Assembly (NCBI GenBank): GCA_032718475.1
Contig: JAUCBJ010006359.1
Span: forward strand, 1 to 64,000
Direction of reading: 5' to 3'
Origin: Nemertoderma westbladi
Taxonomy: Eukaryota > Animalia > Xenacoelomorpha
Length of the DNA stretch: 64,000 bases
The notes below the pieces were generated by a model. The model had not been told where the DNA came from, searched no databases, and saw only the letters and a list, made by a program, of their open reading frames with translations. Within the stretch, counting starts at the first letter, position 1. Each line of letters begins with the position of its first letter. Both the position numbers and the translations under genes were made by a program. Positions 52,371 to 64,000 of this stretch are shown piece by piece.

Positions 52371-53159
52371 GCCGATAATAAATGTCCTCCATCGAAGATC
52401 GAACGATAATTCTTGCCATCTTTGAACACATATATGTACCCCAGCAGTTTCTCAACTAAATTCAAACATAGTTACATCATGACCTACTAAATATACGACC
52501 ATGAAAGCTGCATTCTACCTACTAAATTTAGTAGGCACACGTTTTTAAAATCATTTTTCATATATTTGAAGGATTTTATAATAAAAGTCTTCTAGAACAT
52601 TTTTTTATGATTCATTCCAATAGTAAGTATTATAATTTTGAAACAACTTATTTTAATAGCTATTTTTATATATTATTGGTAATTGCCAGTTCCACTTCGT
52701 TGGTACTTACCTACGCCATCTCCTGGAATATTGTGTCTTAATTCAGTGAGTTGGCCACCAATTATTATTCTACAAATCTTAATGAGATTGCATGAAATTT
52801 GAAATATACCGTATATTGTTTTACCTCCATCATCCATACTGGGTGCGTCAGACGTCAGTATTTATTTTCGCTTTCAATCCTTAACTACAAGCGTTTGAAA
52901 AGTAATTAAATAGCCTCGAGACAAGGCTAAAACTTGCCACTTCCGAATCTAATATTCCACTCAATTTCATTAAGATTCAGATGGGGGTGGGGTTGCACTG
53001 AATTAAGACATAAAAAATATCCTGTATTTTTGATATTATTTTTTGTTATTTATGCTAGTAGTTTTTTCCAAGTATCTTTTGTAAATAAAATTAGCTACTG
53101 TAAATTGAGATTTTTGGTCAACAAATCGAGCATTGATTAAAGAAAATATCGACGTTGAT

Positions 53160-53490
53160 GAAGTTTTATCAAGTGAACCAGAAAATGATTACGAATCAAT
53201 TTGCATTGCTGCTGAAAGTCGAAATGAGAATTGTTTTGGGTTTTCTTACCCACAAAATTATCAACAGAAAAGGTAGCAAAGGGTGCCAAAACTGTGCGGC
53301 AGTTTTACAAAATGAAACTGTTAACAACTCACTTTACCACAGTTTGCTTGACATGGGAAGAGAGAAGACTCACAAGACAGTTATGCGCATTTGTTGAAGA
53401 AACGTTTAAAATTTTAATAACCGTTGAAGATTTGCTTGAAAAAACCCTTCAGTTCCGCAGCAACTTCGACTCTAACCAAACTATGTGATA
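53160..53490 (+). pseudogene. Degenerate C-terminal fragment of a P/THAP9-like transposase
   Basis: GFLTHKIINRKGSKGCQNCAAVL...SLLDMG, frameshifting to LCAFVEETFK, resembles the G(Y/F)xxxK...CxxC...L...ExxF C-terminal block of P-superfamily transposases. Confidence 0.5.
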
Positions 53491-54005
53491 ATTATCCCTA
53501 CGTAATCAGCTGACCTTCCCATACTCGAACTAATTACAAGAATTATTTTTCGCTCTCTCGTAAACATATTTGCCAACAATCGATCCCACTCCCAGACGTG
53601 AGAGAATCTTCTGTAAAAGTAATTCAAACTGCGTCAGCGTCATGTATAATACTAAATTATAGAACTGTAGTTTACTGGTACTCATCATCATTATTGAAAA
53701 CATTATAAACATTAAACATTCCATAAGATTAACCAATTATCAACTATTTATTTGCTTTTGTCCTTCTTCATTAATTTGCTAGTAAAAACACATGGCTTCC
53801 AAAAAAACACTAGCTATGGTCAATTGAAAGATCAATCTATCACATACCAAAAAAACTTTAAAATAATATAATGACGTAATGAATATAACACAAAAATCTC
53901 AATTTAGCTAATTTCATTTACAATAGATACTTAATTGCTAAACAATCTACTGTAGAACACTAACAAAAAAAATAATGTAATAAAAACTGTGTCCTAATAG
54001 CAGAT

Positions 54006-54006
54006 A

Positions 54007-54037
<31 letters not shown>

Positions 54038-54266
54038 GGACGCAATAAAAATTCATCCCTCTCCAGGGGAAATTCGACGCAAATAACAGCTGATTATTCT
54101 CAAAAATAAAACTGTAACCTGTTCTATTGTGTTTAGTTTATTGTTTTGGTTAAAATAACATGCCACTGTAACCTGTTCCTTTCCCTAAATTGAGAATTTA
54201 ACATTGAGGCGGGATATTAATTCGCCAAGGCGGGTTTTGCGTCCAGTTACCCTCCCAGTCTCCCTA
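54006..54266. mobile_element. MITE, copy 1 (nested in the P-like element)
   Basis: TIRs actggacgcaa/ttgcgtccagt with taggg...cccta ends; colinear with 56041-56282. Confidence 0.7.
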
Positions 54267-54601
54267 ATAGATAGTAATTGAATAGACTCAATAAAACACT
54301 TTTCAAACGCTTGTAGTTAAAGATTGAAAGCGAAAATAAATATTCTGACGCGTTAAGATTTCTAGAATAATAATTGGTGGCCAAGTCACTGAATTAAGAC
54401 ACAATATTCCAGGAGATGGCGTAGGTAAGCACCAGCGAAGTGGAACTGGCATTTACCAATAATATATAAAAATAGCTATTAAAATAAGTTGTTTCAAAAT
54501 TATAATACTTACTATTAAAATGAATCATAAAAAAATGTTCTAGAAGACTTTTATTATAAAATCCTTCCAAAAATAAAATAAATGATTTTCAAAACGTGTG
54601 C

Positions 54602-54671
54602 CAAGGACTTCTAGAACATAGTATACATTCATAGTATACATAGAATATATACTATGTTCTAGAAGTCCTTG
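54602..54671. mobile_element. 70-bp mini-MITE with 24-bp perfect TIRs and a 7-bp TSD
   Basis: caaggacttctagaacatagtata...tatactatgttctagaagtccttg flanked by cgtgtgc/cgtctgc; absent from the matching left TIR, which shows the empty site. Confidence 0.85.
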
Positions 54672-55119
54672 CGTCTGCCTACTAAATTTATTAGGTAGAA
54701 TGCAGCTTTCATGGTCGTATATATAGTAGGAATGTGAAGAATGGCTAACTAGAATAATGATGAACGATTTGTATTTCAAATTTCAAGCAATATGATAAAA
54801 ATTGGTGGGTGGAGATTCGTTTCATAAGAACATGACTTAATTACACGTTCAGAATGACAATAAGTTGACATCATGTAAACTTACAAAATAATTGCTTAAA
54901 GGCAAGGCAACCAGAAACGAGATTCCAATTATACGTCGTTCTATGAATAACTTCGTTTCATATTTCATAAATATCATTAGGATTTGTAGAAAATTAGGGG
55001 GGGGGGGGGGGGGGGGGGCACTGTATTTCATGACATGGTGTACTTGGAATAGCGCAACATTGATAATATTTTGCTATTTTGTGTTAAAATGCATTATGTA
55101 TGTAAGGTATGTAGTTTAC

Positions 55120-55368
55120 CTTGAGAATATTGCGCGGCACGGTCCATATCCTGAGTAAGTTATCTTTGCCCCAGGACACCATTTCATGACTGTCGGAAGT
55201 ATTCCCTGCCTTCCGCCACTCAAAATTAACTACCATGTCGGTATGACCGCTGAATATGTGAACCACCTGATTGTTGCATTCTGTCTCCAGAGACCACAAA
55301 GACATCGGATTAAGTTCGCGGGCCTTCTGTAGAGGGACTATTGAAGTCACCAGACTTCTTCCAAACGG
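55120..55368 (-). CDS. WDR59: WDR59-like exon (last WD40 repeat)
   Basis: ttttcctttag|CCG TTT GGA...CTC AAG|gtaaac, 249 nt, phase 0-0. PFGRSLVT...VHIFSGHTDMVVNFEWRK...MVSWGKDNLLRIW matches recalled human PFSNGLVT...VHTFVGHDDVVLEFQWRK...LVTWSRDQTLRMW. Confidence 0.92.
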
Positions 55369-56040
55369 CTAAAGGAAAAAATCACCAACACCATTGAAAT
55401 ACTATATATAGATAACTGTGTGTATGTGTAGTGTTCAGCAAGCAACAGAACATCACTTTTTTCTTTTTAGGTTTAAGTATTTGACCATTCCAGTAGCAGT
55501 TCAGGTTAATATAAATCATACTAACGAATCAACTATTCATCTTAATGTAGCAACTCGTATGTACGTAAGTATTCAAAGACACGCATCATATGCGTCGATC
55601 ATAGGAATTCGAATGGAAATTAGCTAGCGCTAACATGTGCCGTAGGCGTAGGTGAACATATTAATATAGTAATATTTTATGCTACTCAATGCATGTGGTA
55701 CCTACACGTCAAGGTTGAAGGAACGCCTTACTTACCTTACACTTACACATATTATACAGATATTGCATGGAAATACATGGTCAAGTAAATCTAACAATAA
55801 TGGTTTGGAGTCATGACAAGACAAGAATGGCACGATAGTGATAGTGTAGTTTTGATTGTTACCTGCTGTCCGGTGGCCAAATCAAGCTCACCTTCAACAG
55901 TTGCCATACAATATACTTATAGATAAACTGGGAGCTTTTGGTGTGGTATAATAAATAGTATTATTCAACTAATTTTGAGTTAAACTAATTGAAATTGAGA
56001 ATGTCTTTAAGTTTACAAATTTCTTTACTGTTATACCAGA

Positions 56041-56282
56041 TAGGGGGACTTTCGACGCCAATAAAATTCATCCCTCCCCATGGGCAATTAACCCAAATAA
56101 CAGCTGATTACTCCCAAAAATAAAACTGTCACCTGCTCTATTTAATTTTGTTTATTGTTTTGGTTAGAATAACGTGTCACAGGTCACTGTAACCTCTCCT
56201 TCCCTTTAATCGGCAATTTAACATTGAGACGAGATATTAATTCGCTGAGATGGGAATTGCGTTAAGTCGCCCCCCCCCCCCT
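56041..56282. mobile_element. MITE, copy 2 (diverged)
   Basis: Shares aaaattcatccctc, aaataacagctgatta, aaaaataaaactgt and atttaacattgag...gatattaattcgc with 54006-54266. Confidence 0.7.
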
Positions 56283-56502
56283 GCTCATTTCCTGACTAAT
56301 TATTTATATTTTGACTTTTCTTAACATGAAAGGCTACTAATAATCTTTATTACAGTTACATCAACGACTGGAAGTTGAGTCCTAAACACTAATATTGGCT
56401 AGCCGAGAATAAATATTACCATTATAAAAATAAAATCACTAAACCCAAATGTATACTAAATTTATTGGTACAGAGGGTGTGAGGTGAGTCGGATCAAGTA
56501 GG

Positions 56503-59500
56503 CCGAAGCCACCTCTCTACCAGAGGCAACCCAAAGAGTGTACCGGAGGCAACCCAAAGAGTGTACCGGAGGCAACCCAAAGAGTGTACCGGAGGCAACC
56601 CAAAGACTTTTCTCTACCAGAGGCAACCCAAAGAATGTACCGGAGGCAACCCAAAGAGTGTACCGGAGGCAACCCAAAGACTTCTCTCTACCAGAGGCAA
56701 CCCAAAGAGTGTACCGGAGGCAACCCAAAGAGTGTACCGGAGGCAACCCAAAGAGTGTACCGGAGGCAACCCAAAGACTTTTCTCTACCAGAGGCAACCC
56801 AAAGAGTGTACCGGAGGCAACCCAAAGAGTGTACCGGAGGCAACCCAAAGACTTCTCTCTACCAGAGGCAACCCAAAGAGTGTACCGGAGGCAACCCAAA
56901 GAGTGTACCGGAGGCAACCCGAAGCCACCTCTCTACCAGAGGCAACCCAAAGAGTGTACCGGAGGCAACCCAAAGAGTGTACCGGAGGCAACCCAAAGAC
57001 TTCTCTCTACCAGAGGCAACCCAAAGAGTGTACCGGAGGCAACCCAAAGGGTGTACCGGAGGCAACCCAAAGACTTCTCTCTACCAGAGGCAACCCAAAG
57101 AGTGTACCGGAGGCAACCCAAAGAGTGTACCGGAGGCAACCCGAAGCCACCTCTCTACCAGAGGCAACCCAAAGAGTGTACCGGAGGCAACCCAAAGAGT
57201 GTACCGGAGGCCACCCAAAGACTTCTCTCTACCAGAGGCAACCCAAAGAGTGTACCGGAGGCAACCCAAAGAGTGTACCGGAGGCAACCCAAAGACTTCT
57301 CTCTACCAGAGGCAACCCAAAGAGTGTACCGGAGGCAACCCAAAGAGTGTACCAGAGGCAACCCAAAGAGTGTACCGGAGGCTACCCAAAGAGTGTAACG
57401 GAGGCAACCCAAAGAGTGTAACGGAGGCAACCCAAAGAGTGTACCGGAGGCAACCCAAAGAGTGTACCGGAGGCAACCCAAAGAGTGTACCGGAGGCAAC
57501 CCAAAGAGTGTACCGGAGGCAACCCAAAGAGTGTACAGGAGGCAACCCAAAGAGTGTACCGGAGGCAACCCAAAGAGTGTACCGGAGGCAACCCAAAGAG
57601 TGTACCGGAGGCAACCCAAAGAGTGTACCGGAGGCAACCCAAAGAGTGTACCGGAGGCAACCCAAAGAGTGTACCGGAGGCAACCCAAAGAGTGTACCGG
57701 AGGCAACCCGAAGAGTGTACCGGAGGCAACCCAAAGAGTGTACCGGAGGCAACCCAAAGAGTGTACCGGAGGCAACCCAAAGAGTGTACCGGAGCCAACC
57801 CAAAGAGTGTACCGGAGGCAACCCAAAGGCTCCTCTCTACCGGAGGCAACCCAAAGAGTGTACCGGAGGCAACCCAAAGAGTGTACCGGAGGCAACCCAA
57901 AGAGTGTACCGGAGGCAACCCAAAGAGTGTACCGGAGGCAACCCAAAGAGTGTACCGGAGGCAACCCGAAGCCACCTCTCTACCAGAGGCAACCCAAAGA
58001 GTGTACCGGAGGCAACCCAAAGAGTGTACCGGAGGCAACCCAAAGAGTGTACCAGAGGCAACCCAAAGAGTGTACCAGAGGCAACCCAAAGAGTGTACCG
58101 GAGGCAACCCAAAAAGTGTACCGGAGGCAACCCGAAGCCACCTCTCTACCAGAGGCAACCCAAAGAGTGTACCGGAGGCAACCCAAAGAGTGTACCGGAG
58201 GCAACCCAAAGACTTCTCTCTACCAGAGGCAACCCAAAGAGTGTACCGGAGGCAACCCAAAGAGTGTACCGGAGGCAACCCAAAGAGTGTACCGGAGGCA
58301 ACCCAAAGACTTCTCTCTACCAGAGGCAACCCAAAGAGTGTACCAGAGGCAACCCAAAGAGTGTACCAGAGGCAACCCAAAGAGTGTACCGGAGGCAACC
58401 CAAAGAGTGTACCACAGGCAACCCAAAGATTGTACCGGAGGCAACCCAAAGAGTGTACCGGAGGCAACCCAAAGAGTGTACCGGAGGCAACCCAAAGAGT
58501 GTACCGGAGGCAACCCAAAGAGTGTACCGGAGGCAACCCAAAGAGTGTACCGGAGGCAACCCAAAGAGTGTACCGGAGGCAACCCAAAGAGTGTACCGGA
58601 GGCAACCCAAAGAGTGTACCGGAGGCAACCCAAAGAGTGTACCGGAGGCAACCCAAAGAGTGTACCGGAGGCAACTCAAAGAGTGTACCGGAGGCAACCT
58701 AAAGAGTGTACCGGAGGCAACCCAAAGCGTGTACCGGAGGCAACCCAAAGAGTGTACCGGAGGCAACCCAAAGAGTGTACCGGAGGCAACCCAAAGAGTG
58801 TACCGGAGGCAACCCAAAGAGTGTACCGGAGGCAACCCAAAGAGTGTACCGGAGGCAACCCAAAGAGTGTACCGGAGGCAACCCAAAGAGTGTACCGGAG
58901 GCAACCCAAAGGCTCCTCTCTACCGGAGGCAACCCAAAGAGTGTACCGGAGGCAACCCAAAGAGTATACCGGAGGCAACCCAAAGAGTGTACCGGAGGCA
59001 ACCCAAAGAGTGTACCGGAGGCAACCCAAAGAGTGTACCGGAGGCAACCCAAAGAGTGTACCGGAGGCAACCCAAAGACTTGACAACAAACCCAGAAGCA
59101 ACCTGAGGGCTCCTCTCTACCGGAGTCAACCTGAAGGCTCCTCTCTACCGGAGGCAACCCAAAGAGTGTACCGGAGGCAACCCAAAGAGTATACCGGAGG
59201 CAACCCAAAGAGTGTACCGGAGGCAACCCAAAGAGTGTACCGGAGGCAACCCAAAGAGTGTACCGGAGGCAACCCAAAGAGTGTACCGGAGGCAACCCAA
59301 AGACTTGACAACAAACCCAGAAGCAACCTGAGGGCTCCTCTCTACCGGAGTCAACCTGAAGGCTCCTCTCTACCGGAGGCAACCCGAAGAGTGTACCGGA
59401 GGCAACCCAAAGACTTCTCTCTACCGGAGGCAACGTGAGAGCTCCTCTCTACCGGAGTCAACCTGAAGGCTCCTCTCTACCGGAGGCAACCCGAAGCCAC

Positions 59501-62500
59501 TTCTCTACCAGAGGCAACCCAAAGAGTGTACCGGAGGCAACCCAAAGACTTCTCTCTACCGGAGGCAACCTGAGAGTTCCTCTCTACCGGAGTCAACCTG
59601 AAGGCTCCTCTCTACCGGAGGCAACCCGAAGCCACTTCTCTACCAGAGGCAACCCAAAGAGTGTACCGGAGGCAACCCAAAGACTTCTCTCTACCGGAGG
59701 CAACCTGAGAGCTCCTCTCTACCGGAGTCAACCTGAAGGCTCCTCTCTACCGGAGGCAACCCGAAGCCACTTCTCTACCAGAGGCAACCCAAAGAGTGTA
59801 CCGGAGGCAACCCAAGACTTCTCTCTACCGGAGGCAACCTGAGGGCTCCTCTCTCCCGGAGTCAACCTGAAGGCTCCTCTCTACCAGAGGCCACCCGAAG
59901 GCTCCTCTCTACTAGAGGTAACCCGAAGGCTCCTCTCTACCGGACGTAACCTGAAGACTCCTCTCTACCAGAGGCAACCCGAAGGCTCCTCTCTACCGGA
60001 GGCAACCCGAAGGCTCCTCTCTACCGGAGGCAACCCGAAGACTCCTCTCTACCAGAGGCAACCCGAAGGCTCCTCTCTACCGGAGGCAACCCAAAGGCTC
60101 CTCTCTACCGGAGGCAACCCGAAGGCACCTCTCTACCAGAGGCAACCCAAAGACTGTACCGGAGGCAACCCAAAGACTTCTCTCTACCGGAGGCAACCTG
60201 AGGGCTCCTCTCTACCAGAGGCCACCCGAAGGCTCCTCTTTACCGGAAGCCTCACGAAGGTTCCTCTCTACCCGAGGCAACCCAAAGACTCCTCTCTACC
60301 AGAGGCCACCCGAAGGCACCTTTCTATCGGAGGTAACCTGAAGGCTCCTCTCTACCGGGGGCAACCTGAAGGCTCCTCTCTACCGGGGGCAACCCAAAGG
60401 CTCCTCTCTACCGGGGGCAACCCGAAGGCTCCTCTCTACCGGAGGTAACCTGAAGGCTCCTCTCTACCGGGGGGGGGGGGGACCCGAAGGCTCCTCTCTA
60501 CCGGGGGCAACCCGAAGTTTCCTCTCTACCTGAGGCAACCCGAAGGCTCCTCTCTACCTGAGGCAAGCCGAAGACTCCTCTCTACCGGAGGCAACCCGGA
60601 GGCTCCTCTCTACCGGAGGCAACCCGAAGGCTCCTCTCTACCGGAGGTGACCTGAAGGCTCCCCTCTACCGGAGGCTAAACGAAGGCTCCTCTCTACTCG
60701 AGGCAACCCGAAGGCTCCTCTCTACAAGAGGCAACCCGAAGACTCCTCTCTACCGGAGGCAACCCGAAGACTCCACTATACCGGTGGTAACCAGAAGGCT
60801 CCGCTCTACCTGAGGCAACTCAAAGGCTCCTCTCTACCTGAGGCAACCCAAAGGCTCCTCTCTAGCGGAGGCAACCCGAAGGCTCCTCTCTACCGGAGGC
60901 AACCCGAAGGCTCCTCTCTACCTGAGGCAACCCGAAGGCTCCTCTCTACCTGAGGCAACCCAAAGGCTCCTCTCTACCTGAGGCAACCCGAAGGATCCTC
61001 TCTACCGGGGGCAACCCGAAGGCTCCTCTCTATTGAAGGCAATCTAAAGGTTCCTCTCTACCGGAGGCTAAACGAAGGCTCCTCTCTACTAGAGGCAACA
61101 CGAAGGCTCCTCTCTACCTGAGGCAACCCGAAGGCTCCTCTCTACCTGAGGCAACCCGAAGGCTCCTCTCTACCTGAGGCAACCCAAAGGCTCCTCTCTA
61201 CCGGGGGCAACACGAAGGCTCCTCTCTACCTGAGGCAACCCGAAGGCTCCTCTCTACCGGGGGCAACACGAAGGCTCCTCTCTACCTGAGGCAACCCGAA
61301 GGCTCCTCTCTACCTGAGGCAAACCGAAGGCTCCTCTCTACCTGAGGCAACCCGAAGGCTCCTCTCTACCTGAGGCAACCCAAAGGCTCCTCTCTACCGG
61401 AGGCAACCCGAAGGCTCCTCTCTACCTGAGGCAACCCGAAGGCTCCTCTCTACCTGAGGCAACACGAAGGCTCCTCTCTAGCTGAGGCAACCCGAAGGCT
61501 CCTCTCTACCTGAGGCAACCCAAAGGCTCCTCTCTACAGGGGGCAACACGAAGGCTCCTCTCTACCTGAGGCAACACGAAGTCTCCTCTCTAGCTGAGGC
61601 AACCCGAAGGCTCCTCTCTACCTGAGGCAACCCAAAGGCTCCTCTCTACAGGGGGCAACCCGAAGGCTCCTCTCTACCTGAGGCAACCCGAAGGCTCCTT
61701 TCTACCGGAGGCAACCCGAAGACTCCTCTCTACCTGAGGCAACCCGAAGGCTCCTCTCTACCGAAGGCAACCCGAAGACTCCACTATACCAGTGGTAACC
61801 CGAAGGCTCCTCTCTACCAGAGGCAACCCAAAGGATCCTCTCTACCGGAGGCAACCCGAAGGCTCCTTACTACCGGAGGCAACCCGAAGGCTCCTCTCTA
61901 CCAGAGGCAAACCAAAGGCTCCTCTCTACCGGAGGCAACCCGAAGGCTCCTCTCTACCGGAGGTAACCCGAAGGCTCCTCTCTACCGGAGGCAACCCGAA
62001 GGCTCCTCTCTACCGGAGGTAACCCGAAGGCTCCTCTCTACCGGAGGCAACCCGAAGGCTCCTCTCTACCTGAGGCAACCCGAAGGCTCCTCTCTACCGG
62101 AGGCAACCCGAAGACTCCACTATACCAGTGGTAACCCGAAGGCTCCTCCCTATCGGAGGCAACCCGAAGGCTCCTCTCTACCGGAGGCAACCCGAAGGCT
62201 CCTCTCTAACAGAGGCACCCAAGGACTCCTCTCTACCGGAGGCAACCCGAAGGTTCCTCTCTACCGGAGGCAACCCGAAGACTCCACTATACCAGTGGTA
62301 ACCCGAAGGCTCCTCTCTATCGGAGGCAACCCTAAGGTTCTTCTCTACCGGAGGCAACCTGAAGGCTCCTCTCTAACAGAGGCACCCAAGGACTCCTCTC
62401 TACCGGAGGCAACCCGAAGGCTCCTCTCCACCGGAGGCAACCCGAAGGCTCCTCTCTACCGGAGGCCACCCGAAGGCACCTCTCTACCAGAGGCAACCCA

Positions 62501-64000
62501 AAGACTGTACCGGAGGCAACCCAAAGACTTCTCTCTACCGGAGGCAACCTGAGGGCTCCTCTCTACCAGAGGCCACCCGAAGGCTCCTCTTTACCGGAAG
62601 CCTCACGAAGGTTCCTCTCTACCCGAGGCAACCCAAAGACTCCTCTCTACCAGAAGCCACCCGAAGGCACCTCTCTATCGGAGGTAACCTGAAGGCTCCT
62701 CTCTACCGGGGGCAACCTGAAGGCTCCTCTCTACCGGGGGCAACCCAAAGGCTCCTCTCTACCGGGGGCAACCCGAAGGCTCCTCTCTACCGGAGGTAAC
62801 CTGAAGGCTCCTCTCTACCGGGGGGGGGGGACCCGAAGGCTCCTCTCTACCGGGGGCAACCCGAAGTTTCCTCTCTACCTGAGGTAACCCGAAGGCTCCT
62901 CTCTACCTGAGGCAAGCCGAAGACTCCTCTCTACCGGAGGCAACCCGGAGGCTCCTCTCTACCGGAGGCAACCCGAAGGCTCCTCTCTACCGGAGGTGAC
63001 CTGAAGGTTCCCCTCTACCGGAGGCTAAACGAAGGCTCCTCTCTACTCGAGGCAACCCGAAGGCTCCTCTCTACAAGAGGCAACCCGAAGACTCCTCTCT
63101 ACCGGAGGCAACCCGAAGACTCCACTATACCGGTGGTAACCCGAAGGCTCCGCTCTACCTGAAGGCAACCTCAAAGGCTCCTCTCTACCGGAGGCAACCC
63201 GAAGGCTCCTCTCTAGCGGAGGCAACCCGAAGGACTCCTCTCTACCGGAGGCAACCCGAAGGCTCCTCTCTACCGTGAGGCAACCCGAAGACTCCTCTCT
63301 ACCGGAGGCAACCCGAAGGCTCCTCTCTACCTGAGGCAACCCAGAGGCTCCTCTCTACCTGAGGCAACCCGAACGCTCCTCTCTACCGGAGGCAACCCGA
63401 ACGCTCCACTATACCAGTGATAACCCGAAGGCTCCTCCATACCGGAGGCAACCCGAAGACTCCTCTCTACCGGAGGCAACCCGAAGACTCCACTATACCG
63501 GTGGTAACCCGAAGGCTTCTCTCTATTGAAGGCAACCTAAAGACTCCTCTCTACCGGAGTCAACCGAAGGCTCCACTCTAACAGAGGCACCCAAGGACTC
63601 CTCTCTACCGGAGGCAACCCGAAGGCTCCTCTCTACCGGAGGCAACCTCGAAGGCTCCTCTCTACCGGAGGCAACCCGAAGGCTCCTCCCTACCGGTGGC
63701 AACCCAAAGGCTCCTCTCTATTGAAGGCAACCTAAAGACTTCTTTCTACCGGAGTCAACCGAAGGCTCCACTCTAACAGAGGCGCCCAAGGACTCCTCTC
63801 CACCGGAGGCAACCCGAAGGCTCCTTTCTACCGGAGGCAACTCGAAGGCTCCTTTCTACCGGAGGCAACTCGAAGGCTCCTCTCTACCGGAGGCAACTCG
63901 AAGGCTCCTCTCCACCGGAGGCAACCCGAAGGCTCCTTTCTACCGGAGGCAACTCGAAGGCTCCTTTCTACCGGAGGCAACTCGAAGGCTCCTCTCTACC
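56503..64000. repeat. 23/28-bp composite satellite (runs off the window)
   Basis: accggaggcaacccaaagagtgt (23 bp) and accggaggcaacccgaaggctcctctct (28 bp). A 74-bp (23+23+28) period occurs near 56.8-57.3 kb, and a block is duplicated at ~2.35 kb spacing (60122 vs 62473). Confidence 0.97.

Larger units (their letters stand above)
52478..54734. mobile_element. Non-autonomous DNA transposon with ~400-bp TIRs (P-element-like)
   Basis: 52478-52905 is the reverse complement of 54297-54734 (e.g. ctcctggaatattgtgtcttaattcagtga vs tcactgaattaagacacaatattccaggag). The left end begins CATGA, and there is an internal transposase-like remnant. Confidence 0.75.

Noticed and set aside
55863-55907. Short minus-strand MATVEGELDLATGQQ followed by gtaaca
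   Set aside because: Does not resemble the WDR59 sequence expected upstream of PFG and has no convincing acceptor.
56462-63339. Many overlapping ORFs on both strands
   Set aside because: Artifacts of the 23/28-bp satellite.

Overview
AT-rich eukaryotic DNA, probably from a metazoan invertebrate; it is not prokaryotic and has no CRISPR array. About two thirds of the window is tandem repeat. The backbone is a minus-strand WDR59-like gene (GATOR2/SEA3 subunit; last WD40 repeat plus RWD domain). Five phase-compatible exons are visible: 55120-55368, 28353-28521, 25336-25433, 24521-24704 and 10627-10753. Its introns are inflated by six unrelated satellites (49/37, 28, 22, 37, 21 and 23/28 bp units). 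The most striking signal is the 13.6-kb satellite at 10910-24543. Its unit is the last 23 coding nt of the RWD exon plus that exon's own 5' splice site, repeated roughly 300 times, and a CRE-clade retrotransposon 3' end is inserted exactly at one copied splice donor. The window also holds a near full-length CR1/L2-group LINE (2A peptide, in-frame Pro-rich minisatellite), a candidate 4-exon antisense gene whose stop codon lies inside a WDR59 splice donor, a TIR element carrying tRNA-like boxes around a hammerhead-like core, a P-element-like derivative and several MITE/foldback elements. All homology calls are from recalled motifs; no database search was run.
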